A stretch of DNA of 64,000 nucleotides. It comes from an uncultured Gemmatimonadaceae bacterium. GTDB taxonomy: Bacteria; Gemmatimonadota; Gemmatimonadetes; Gemmatimonadales; Gemmatimonadaceae. The stretch lies in NCBI GenBank assembly GCA_963761305.1, contig CAVXGK010000002.1:3104001-3168000 (forward strand), read 5' to 3'. A model generated the notes under the pieces. It saw only the letters and a program-made list of their open reading frames with translations. It had not been told where the DNA came from and searched no databases. The position numbers were made by a program, and so were the translations under genes. Below are positions 9,631 to 17,351 of the stretch, piece by piece. Within the stretch, counting starts at the first letter, position 1, and each line of letters opens with the position of its first letter.

Positions 9631-10380
9631 ATGCCCGGTTTCGGCGTGTGGGCCGCGCGTTGGTGGATGCCTGTGGTATTCATCCTCGTCGCCGGACACC
9701 TCACGAACGTGTGTGTCACGCTCTTCTTGCATCGGTCGCAGACCCATCGCGGCGTGCGTCTGCACTACTTCGCGGCGCTCCCGATGCGCCTCTGGCTCTG
9801 GCTCACCACGGCGATCGTCACCAAGGAGTGGGTCGCCTGTCATCGTAAGCACCACGCTTTTGCCGATCGCGAAGGCGACCCGCACAGTCCGCTCCTCGAG
9901 GGACTTCGGAACATCGTCTTCAAGGGCGCTTTCTATTACCGGCGCGCGATCCGCCAGCCCGGCATGCTCGAGAAGTACGGCAAGGGCACCCCGAACGACT
10001 GGATCGAGCGGGCTCTCCTCAGCCGCCTGAACTGGCTCGGCATCGTCATCATGCTAGTGCTCGACGTCTATCTGTTCGGCTTCTTCGTCGGACCGCTCGT
10101 CTGGGGCGTGCAGATGATGTGGATTCCGTTCTGGGCCGCGGGCATCGTGAACGGCGTCGGCCACGCGCTCGGTTATCGCAACTTCCCGGTGAAGGACGAA
10201 AGCCGGAACATTACGCCGATCGCGATCTGGCTTGGCGGCGAAGAGCTCCACAACAACCATCACGCCGATCCCAAGTCCGCGCGCTTTGCCGCGCGCTGGT
10301 TCGAATTCGACATCGGCTGGGTCTACATCCGGCTTCTGCAGTTCTTCCGGCTGGCGAAGGTCGACTACGCTCGCGAGTAG
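9631..10380 (+). CDS. fatty acid (acyl-CoA delta-9-type) desaturase
   Basis: His boxes HRSQTH, HRKHH, HNNHH. Confidence 0.92.
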   Translation: MPGFGVWAARWWMPVVFILVAGHLTNVCVTLFLHRSQTHRGVRLHYFAALPMRLWLWLTTAIVTKEWVACHRKHHAFADREGDPHSPLLEGLRNIVFKGAFYYRRAIRQPGMLEKYGKGTPNDWIERALLSRLNWLGIVIMLVLDVYLFGFFVGPLVWGVQMMWIPFWAAGIVNGVGHALGYRNFPVKDESRNITPIAIWLGGEELHNNHHADPKSARFAARWFEFDIGWVYIRLLQFFRLAKVDYARE

Positions 10381-10431
10381 ACGCTCGCGAGCAGTCGCTC
10401 GAGCTGGGGCCTAAGAGACGATGGTGAAGCT

Positions 10432-10464
10432 GCGGGCGGCCTTTGCGGGCCGCCCGTTGTGTTT
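10432..10464 (+). terminator. intrinsic terminator after desaturase
   Basis: GCGGGCGGCC / GGCCGCCCGT stem then TGTGTTT. Confidence 0.7.
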
Positions 10465-10517
10465 GGCGCGCGGCCTGGTACGACGGCGCGCTTAGATTTT
10501 CGAAAATCAGGAGACCT

Positions 10518-10796
10518 ATGTCCGAAATCACGTGTGCGCACTGCGGACAGGTGAAGACCGCGTTCGAGCGGCCTCCCTTCCCCGGTGCGATCGGCCAGCG
10601 CATCGTCGAACACATCTGCCAGGATTGTTGGGCACTGTGGCTGCGGCAGCAGACGATGCTGATCAATCACTACGGGTTGAACGTCATGGACCCGCAGGCG
10701 CGGAACTTTCTCAAGCAGAACATGCAGGCGTTCCTCTTCAAATCGGGCGCGGAAGAAGAGGTCGATACGTCCAAGAAAGGCACGATTCAGTGGTGA
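10518..10796 (+). CDS. yggX: Fe(II)-trafficking / oxidative damage protection protein
   Basis: AGGAG RBS; PPFPG..G.RI..ICQDCW..W..QTMLINHY.L..ARNFL. Confidence 0.88.
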   Translation: MSEITCAHCGQVKTAFERPPFPGAIGQRIVEHICQDCWALWLRQQTMLINHYGLNVMDPQARNFLKQNMQAFLFKSGAEEEVDTSKKGTIQW

Positions 10797-12691
10797 GGTT
10801 GCTCGACCGTGTGCGATGCGGGCGACGCGGCGCGACTGTCGCCGCCCTCGCGGCGGCGATCGCGTGCGCTCCGTCCGCCGCGAACGGCCCGGCGCCGGCG
10901 AGCGGCGCAACGCCGGCCAGCCATTCCGCGTGGGCGGACTCGGTCCTCTCGACGATGACGCCGCGCGACAAAGCGGCGCAGCTCGTCTGGCCGCAGCTCC
11001 TCGGTGATTACACGCCGACGTCGAGCAGCGCCTGGACGCGCGTCGAACAGTTGATCGCACACGAACACGTCGGTGGTTTCATCATGTCGATCGGCTCGCC
11101 GATCGAGACGGCGGTCAAGCTCAACGCCATGCAACGGCTCAGCCAACTGCCGCTCGTCATCGGCGCGGACTACGAGACGGGTGTCGCGTTCCGACAGCGC
11201 GGCGGCTATTTCCTGCCGAACGACATCTATCTCGGCGGCGGGACCATGTTCCCGTACCAGATGGGGATCGGCGCGACGCGCGACACGTCGCTCGCGTACG
11301 ACGAAGGCCGCATCACCGCGCTCGAGGGCCGCGCGCTCGGTGTGCACATCGCGTTCGCGCCCGTGCTCGACGTCAACAACAATCCGGCGAATCCCGTCAT
11401 CGGGATGCGCTCGTTCGGTGAGGATCCGCACCTCGTCGCGGCGATGGGCGCGTCGTTCATTCACGGCGTGCAGGAACACGGAATGCTCGCCACCGGCAAG
11501 CACTTTCCGGGACACGGCGACACCGACGAGAATTCGCATCTGACGATCACCACGGTTCACGCGAGCCGCGCCCGGATCGATTCGGTGGAGCTCGTCCCGT
11601 TCGAGCGCGCGATCGCGGCCGGCGTGCAGGGCATCATGACGTTTCACGGCATCATCCCGGCGCTCGACACCGCGTCGGTGCCGGCGACGCTGAACCCCGC
11701 GATCATGACGGGGCTGCTGCGAAAGCGGCTCGGCTTCAAGGGGCTGCTCGTGACCGACGCGATGGACATGAGCGGTGTGCTCGCGCGCGTCACCGTGCCC
11801 GGCGCTCCCGCAGGACAGGCGACGAGCGGCAACTACGGCGGCACGCTTCGAAACGCACTGAGCATCGGCGAAGCGTGCAAGCTCGCCCTCGCCGCCGGCG
11901 CGGATATCCTGCTCATGCCGAGCGACGTTCCAGGAGCGATCGATGCCGTCGTCGACGGCGTGAAGGAAGGTCGATTCACGCAGGCGCGCGTCGACTCGTC
12001 GGTGCGACGTGTGCTGGAGATCAAAGAAGAGCTGGGGCTCCAGCGGCAGCGCTTCGTGAGCCTCGACAGCGTGCGGGCGATCGTCGGCGACAGCGCGCAT
12101 CTCGCCGTCGCGGCGGCCGCGGCTCAGCGTTCGATCACGCTCGCCAAGGATTCGCTGTCGCTCGTTCCGCTCGCACGCTCGGGCGACTCGGCGACGCGTC
12201 GGATCTTGTCCATCACGATTGCAGCGCGAACCGATCTGCCGGCGGGCGCCACGTTCAATGGAGAGCTCCGCCGATCACTGAACGTCCGCGCCGAGTTGGT
12301 GAATCCCGACGATCCGTCGACGAATTTCGATCGGCTGTTGGCGGCCGCCGACTCGTCGGACGTCACGATCGTGAGCTCCTATCTGTCGACCGGCACGAAC
12401 GTTTCAAATCCAAACGCGCCGGAGCCGATCGCGCAGTTCATGCGAGCGATGGTCGAACGCCATCCGCGCACGATCGTCGTCGCTTTCGGAAATCCATATC
12501 TGCTTCAACAGGTGCCGTCGTCGTCGACATACGTCGTCGGCTGGGGCGGATTCCCGGTATCACAGGCAGCCGCTGCGCGAGCGCTGCTTGGCGTCACACC
12601 GATCACCGGCCGACTGCCCATCAGCATTCCGCCGCTACTGCGGTTTGGTGCCGGACAAGACCGATCAGTTTCGGCGCGCACGTCGCCCTGA
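10790..12691 (+). CDS. GH3 beta-N-acetylglucosaminidase (lipoprotein)
   Basis: ADYETG, APVLDVNNNPANPVI, RSFGED, KHFPGHGDTDENSH, TDAMDM; start approximate. Confidence 0.88.
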   Translation: MVRLLDRVRCGRRGATVAALAAAIACAPSAANGPAPASGATPASHSAWADSVLSTMTPRDKAAQLVWPQLLGDYTPTSSSAWTRVEQLIAHEHVGGFIMSIGSPIETAVKLNAMQRLSQLPLVIGADYETGVAFRQRGGYFLPNDIYLGGGTMFPYQMGIGATRDTSLAYDEGRITALEGRALGVHIAFAPVLDVNNNPANPVIGMRSFGEDPHLVAAMGASFIHGVQEHGMLATGKHFPGHGDTDENSHLTITTVHASRARIDSVELVPFERAIAAGVQGIMTFHGIIPALDTASVPATLNPAIMTGLLRKRLGFKGLLVTDAMDMSGVLARVTVPGAPAGQATSGNYGGTLRNALSIGEACKLALAAGADILLMPSDVPGAIDAVVDGVKEGRFTQARVDSSVRRVLEIKEELGLQRQRFVSLDSVRAIVGDSAHLAVAAAAAQRSITLAKDSLSLVPLARSGDSATRRILSITIAARTDLPAGATFNGELRRSLNVRAELVNPDDPSTNFDRLLAAADSSDVTIVSSYLSTGTNVSNPNAPEPIAQFMRAMVERHPRTIVVAFGNPYLLQQVPSSSTYVVGWGGFPVSQAAAARALLGVTPITGRLPISIPPLLRFGAGQDRSVSARTSP

Positions 12692-12737
12692 CGCGACCGC
12701 CGCCGGTTCCCCCTCGGATCCGACACCAAGAAAGCAC

Positions 12738-12774
12738 AAAAAAGGAAGCGCCTCGACGCACGCCGAGGCGCTTC
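12738..12774 (-). terminator. intrinsic terminator of the first csp gene
   Basis: GAAGCGCCTCG / CGAGGCGCTTC stem with adjacent A6 on + strand (U-tract on -). Confidence 0.8.
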
Positions 12775-12799
12775 GACTTTCGACTGTCGCCGTTCTCGG

Positions 12800-13009
12800 C
12801 TAGGACGCCTTGGTAACGTCAGCCGCCTGCGGCCCTTTTTGGCCCTGGACGATCTCGAACTCAACGCGATCTCCTTCCGCGAGCGACTTGAAACCGGCGC
12901 CCTGGATCGCGCTGAAGTGCACGAAGACATCCGGCCCGCCTTCGCGCGAGATGAAGCCGTACCCCTTTGCGTCGTTGAACCACTTCACGGTGCCTGTCAG
13001 ACGTGGCAT
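12800..13009 (-). CDS. csp: cold-shock protein
   Basis: [15 protein letters not shown] (RNP1), DVFVHFSAI (RNP2). Confidence 0.97.
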   Translation of the reverse strand: MPRLTGTVKWFNDAKGYGFISREGGPDVFVHFSAIQGAGFKSLAEGDRVEFEIVQGQKGPQAADVTKAS

Positions 13010-13254
13010 TGCAACGTTCCCCTTTCAAAAACTGGTAGTCGTGAACCCGGGCGTCCTGAGACGAACAGCGTCGTTCGGACCGGCAGGGCCCGATGCTGCC
13101 GCGGACCTCGGCCGTTCCATGGAACGCGCGCAAGTTTTGTGCACGCCGCAACCTCCGTTGTCTCCGTTGCGCTTGGTGCGGGCGCATCGAGAGCGGAAAC
13201 GAAACGGTTGTGATCGAGCTTACAGTTGGATCTTGAAGTGCGCGGCGAGGGAGA

Positions 13255-13464
13255 TCAGGCCGCGCCCGCGATATAACGCGCAATCCTGCCGCACGTCTGG
13301 CAGCGAAGCGTGACCTGGGAACGCGGTGCCGGCGGGAACTGGCGCGGAGTTCGCTCGATTGGGCCCGAGCATGACGGGCAGCTGAGCGGTGAACCGGTAC
13401 GGTCGTTCGCGATCAAATTCAAAGCTTGCGCGGGATTGTACGTCGCTGGACGCGGCTTACGCAT
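13255..13464 (-). CDS. small Zn-ribbon protein
   Basis: GAGGAG RBS; CPSC..CQTC. Confidence 0.7.
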   Translation of the reverse strand: MRKPRPATYNPAQALNLIANDRTGSPLSCPSCSGPIERTPRQFPPAPRSQVTLRCQTCGRIARYIAGAA

Positions 13465-13577
13465 TCGCCCCTCCTCAACAGCTAACAGCCCGGGAACAGC
13501 GGCGCCGGTTCGCCGAGTGCAGGTAACTCTCTACAACTGTAACGCTATAATTAGATGGAATTTATAGCGTGCCCCGT

Positions 13578-13680
13578 GGTCGGCGCGCGGAGCCGGATCA
13601 CATCCGGAGCGGCGGCTTCTTAGATACCACCGAAGGGCCGCAGGAGTTTCCTGACCCCCCATGGACAACGCGCACCAACC
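13578..13680 (-). ncRNA. candidate structured RNA (four-way junction)
   Basis: 12-bp closing stem plus three inner hairpins; non-Watson-Crick pairs are mostly G.U on the - strand. Confidence 0.35.
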
Positions 13681-13688
13681 CGTCACTG

Positions 13689-14612
13689 TTATACCCCTGA
13701 AGCGCCAGTTTGGTCCCCTTGTTTCGGCGCCGAGCTGGGCAAGTGGGCCGTCAGCCAGTCTGAAACCAGGTCAAAAACCCGGTCTCGGCCGTAGTCCACG
13801 GTGATGATGTGCGCGGCCTCGGTCACCCACTCGAGTCGTTTTTCTCTCGCGCCGATCGCCGCGAATGCGCGCTCGGCGTCGCTCGTAGAGATGCGGTTGT
13901 CCTCGCGGGACTGCACCATCAGCGTCGGCGCCGCGACGCGTGACAACGCCTCGTTGGCCCGCTGAACTGTCTGTCGCAGAGCGCGCAGAGCGGCGGGGGT
14001 GAAGACCCCGTAGGCCAGACTCTTCGCACGTTCGACGGGATCGAGCACCGAGAACCCTTCGCTCGATTCGAACACCGGGATGATCGGGCCCCACAAACGC
14101 GACAGTCGCGCGGCTCGGTTCGCGCCGGGCCGCAACGCGAGATATGGCGCAAGCAGGCAGAGCGCGGGGAGCTGTGGCGCTTCGGCGGCGAGGCGGACCG
14201 CGATCGCTCCTCCCATCGACAGCCCAATGACCGCGACCCATTCGTGTTGCTGTTGCATCTCGCGATAGCTCGATCGAGCCGCGTTCATCCAGCCCGTCGC
14301 GCTCGTTCGCTTGAACGCTTCGAGCGATCTGCCATGTCCTGGCAGCAGCGGAGCTTCCACGTGGAACCCACGCGTGAAGAGCGCCTCGCCGAGATATCGC
14401 AGGGTCTGCGGAGTGTCGCCGGCTCCATGAATCAGCAGCACGGCCGGGGCGTCGGCGCGCGTGAGCGTGAATGGCTCCGCCCCGACGACGACTCCGTCCG
14501 CGCCGAGCGGGAGGTGGTCGGTAGACAGTCGCTCGATCGATCGAAGGTGCCACGCGCGAAAGGCGAGCCCGACGACGAGAGCGACGGCGACCGACGCGGC
14601 AAGGTAGACCAT
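13689..14612 (-). CDS. membrane-anchored alpha/beta carboxylesterase (Est/YvaK-like)
   Basis: N-terminal TM, LIHG, LLPGHG, GLSMGG nucleophile, ED..H triad; start 14612 or 14636. Confidence 0.88.
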   Translation of the reverse strand: MVYLAASVAVALVVGLAFRAWHLRSIERLSTDHLPLGADGVVVGAEPFTLTRADAPAVLLIHGAGDTPQTLRYLGEALFTRGFHVEAPLLPGHGRSLEAFKRTSATGWMNAARSSYREMQQQHEWVAVIGLSMGGAIAVRLAAEAPQLPALCLLAPYLALRPGANRAARLSRLWGPIIPVFESSEGFSVLDPVERAKSLAYGVFTPAALRALRQTVQRANEALSRVAAPTLMVQSREDNRISTSDAERAFAAIGAREKRLEWVTEAAHIITVDYGRDRVFDLVSDWLTAHLPSSAPKQGDQTGASGV

Positions 14613-14715
14613 GCGCGAGTGTGAATGTGCGCGCACGCGTCGCGTGCGCCGGGACAGCGAGCGCGTCGAATATACATCCGGCGGCTACCGACCTACCCCG
14701 GCACTCTTCGTCGAA

Positions 14716-15438
14716 CTACTGCAGCGTCGCCTGCTCTTGCTCCTCGGGCACCGCCGCCAATGGCAGTTCCGCGTCCATGCCGCTGTCCAACCGCTCGGCG
14801 AGCTGCTCCGCCGGTGAGACGAGCAACATCTGCCCGCGACGCTCCACGAGCCCCCCGTGAATCAAGCGGCCAAGCACGAGCGAAACAGACTCGCGCGTCG
14901 CACCGACGAGCTCACACAGCAGGCGATAGCGCGCCGGGCACAGAACGATGCGCCCTTCCTCTCGCTCGAATGTTTCGTCACGCGCCATTCGGACGAGCGT
15001 CGCTACCACACGCTGCTCGACGCTGAGCGTGGTCAGCTCGCGCAGTCGATCCAGCAGCGATGCGCGTTCCGCCAATAGCTGGCTGATCAGCGCGAGTGAA
15101 TGCTGTGGCTGCTCGCGCACGAACGCGCGAAACCGAGCGGTGCTCAGAAAGAGCGTCTCGGCTTCCTCGTCTGCCCGAGCATCCGTCGCATATCGACGAG
15201 TCGACGAGAGTCCTTCAGAACCGAAGGTCTCGCCGGGTCCCGCGACACACGGCACGAACCCGCGTGACGCGCGAACGCGACTGCGCAACACCACCCGCCC
15301 CCGGGCCACGACGAACAGCCCATCCGCCGGCGCACCGCGCTGATAGATGCCGAATCCCGCTGGCCACGACGCATGCGCCGCATACTCACTGAGGGCGTCG
15401 CGATTCTCCTTCTCGAGACGCGCGCGACCGTAATCCAT
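14716..15438 (-). CDS. Crp/Fnr-family transcription regulator
   Basis: cNMP-fold GETFGSEGL; C-terminal HTH ELVGATRESVS; GGAG RBS before ATG 15438. Confidence 0.88.
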   Translation of the reverse strand: MDYGRARLEKENRDALSEYAAHASWPAGFGIYQRGAPADGLFVVARGRVVLRSRVRASRGFVPCVAGPGETFGSEGLSSTRRYATDARADEEAETLFLSTARFRAFVREQPQHSLALISQLLAERASLLDRLRELTTLSVEQRVVATLVRMARDETFEREEGRIVLCPARYRLLCELVGATRESVSLVLGRLIHGGLVERRGQMLLVSPAEQLAERLDSGMDAELPLAAVPEEQEQATLQ

Positions 15439-15605
15439 ATCCGACAACTCCACCATCCTCTCAGCTTGCAACGATTTGTGGGGGGTGCAATGTCTGGGCC
15501 GCTCTTGACAGGCTCCGCTTTTCGACCTTCGTTCTGAAGTTTGATTCAAGGGAGGTCGGCACCTCCATTTCTTTCGGCTGAACCGGCTACGGAACAACGC
15601 ATTTC

Positions 15606-17336
15606 ATGAACTTGGCGGCGGCCGCACCAGAGCAGACCGAATCCACCGTTTCGCAAACCGTGCCCGTGGTCGTTCTCGGGACGGATGCGTTGCTCGCCGC
15701 CGCGCCCTACACCGCCGTGCAACTCGCCCACGCGTGCTTGCAAGCGGGATACGCGAACGTCGTTCCCGCGAGTTGGGGCGATGAGTTGGTCGCCGCCGCG
15801 GTGATTCGACGATTGCCGACGTTCGGTCCCGGTCCGGCGATTCAGTGCAGTTGTCCGATCGTCGCTCATCGTTTGCTCACGACGGGCGGCGATTTGCGGC
15901 CGGTGATGTTGCCGCTCGTATCGCCGCCGGTGGCGCTCGCACGATATCTTCGCGCGGTGTCGCACCCCGCGCGCATGCGCATCACCTACGTCGGTGGTTG
16001 CCCCGGCGCGGTCGACGACTCGATCGACATCCGCATGTCGCCGGGAACACTGATCGGAATGCTCGCCGAACGACAGATCGTCCTCGATGACCAGCCACGC
16101 GTTTTCGAGTCGATCATTCCGCCTGACCGGCGCCGCTATTTCTCACAGCCCGGCGGCGTCCCGTCCGCGGAGCGACTGTGGACCGACCTCGGCGCGCGCG
16201 CGCTCGTCGACGTCGAGTCGGACGATTTCGTGAGCGAGATCGCCGACCATCTTCTCGCCGGCGAGCACGTGTTGATGGACGTCGCACCGCGACTCGGCTG
16301 CGTGTGCAGCGGCGCGATCGCCGGCACTCCGGCGCGCGAAGCGCGCGCGAGCGTTGTCGCGCTCGAGCCGCCGCGCTCCAGCGCGCCGGTGGTCGAAGAG
16401 CAGACACCGCTCAATCTGGATCTGCCGATTCCCGCCGTTCCGCGCACGCCGGTGGACGTCGTGCTTGGGTCGTCGCGCACGCCGTCGTCTCCGCTCGGAC
16501 TGCCGAACCCGCCAGGGGCGCATCGCAATACGCCGACCGTCACCGAACCACGCATTTCACGAACGCCGCCTCCGCCGCCGGCTCGGCCGATTACCGGCGG
16601 CGTGGTTCCCACGGCGAGGCACGCCGACGGGAAGTCACTCCCGCGGGCGTATGTGGCGCGTCGCCGTCACTCGGCACCAAAAGGAAATCCGTCAGTTCCT
16701 CCGCCCGCGTCGAACGAACAGGCGCCCGGCGCGTCGATCGCGCCCGAGACGGCGGATGTCGCGCTCGCAGCGTCGATCGAGATGCCGCCGCCGGCCGCGA
16801 CGGAGACGAGCGTGGCGGAGCCGCAAGTCGAAGCGACGAACGTTTCGACGGTCGAGGTGCCGAGCACCAAAGCACCGAGCGCGGAAGCGCCGAGCGTCGA
16901 AGGGCCGACAACCGAAGCGAGAATCGTCGGACCGTCACCCGACGAAACGTCTTCGGTCGTCGCCGTCACGGATGCCGACAGTGAGAAACTGATCGCGGCA
17001 ACGGACGAACCGGAGTCTTCGGCGGCCGCTGACGCCTATACGGATCTGAATCAGTTGAACTTCGAAGGACTGGTGCCGCCGCCGGAGCGGCTCCCGATTT
17101 TTACGCCGACGCCTCCTTCCACAATCGCGGTGTCGACGAGGCCATCAGACCCAACGCCATCAAACCCAACGCCGTCAAACCCGACACCAACGACCGTTGC
17201 GGCACCGCGCGTACAATCGCGTATCGCGATGTACGTCATCGCCGTCGCCATTGTGATCCTGGTCGTCGCCGGCGTTGCGTACGTGATGGGGCGGTCGGCG
17301 CAGACACCGAACGCGCCGACCGAGCAGCTCCCCTGA
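15606..17336 (+). CDS. membrane-anchored protein with N-terminal degenerate [FeFe]-hydrogenase H-domain-like fold and Pro-rich linker
   Basis: QCSCP, LPLVSPPVALARYL, TYVGGCP, RYFSQPGGV, GCVCSG in H-domain order; C-terminal TM IAMYVIAVAIVILVVAGVAYV. Confidence 0.65.
   Translation: MNLAAAAPEQTESTVSQTVPVVVLGTDALLAAAPYTAVQLAHACLQAGYANVVPASWGDELVAAAVIRRLPTFGPGPAIQCSCPIVAHRLLTTGGDLRPVMLPLVSPPVALARYLRAVSHPARMRITYVGGCPGAVDDSIDIRMSPGTLIGMLAERQIVLDDQPRVFESIIPPDRRRYFSQPGGVPSAERLWTDLGARALVDVESDDFVSEIADHLLAGEHVLMDVAPRLGCVCSGAIAGTPAREARASVVALEPPRSSAPVVEEQTPLNLDLPIPAVPRTPVDVVLGSSRTPSSPLGLPNPPGAHRNTPTVTEPRISRTPPPPPARPITGGVVPTARHADGKSLPRAYVARRRHSAPKGNPSVPPPASNEQAPGASIAPETADVALAASIEMPPPAATETSVAEPQVEATNVSTVEVPSTKAPSAEAPSVEGPTTEARIVGPSPDETSSVVAVTDADSEKLIAATDEPESSAAADAYTDLNQLNFEGLVPPPERLPIFTPTPPSTIAVSTRPSDPTPSNPTPSNPTPTTVAAPRVQSRIAMYVIAVAIVILVVAGVAYVMGRSAQTPNAPTEQLP
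17142..17190 (+). repeat. 15-nt imperfect coding tandem repeat (PS(D/N)PT x3)
   Basis: ccatcagacccaacg ccatcaaacccaacg ccgtcaaacccgaca. Confidence 0.7.
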
Positions 17337-17351
17337 GTCGCTAGGCTCGCC

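Noticed and set aside
13625..13660. glycine riboswitch (CACCGAAGG on + strand)
   Set aside because: Lacks the GGAGA and CTCTCAGG elements; no downstream + strand gene
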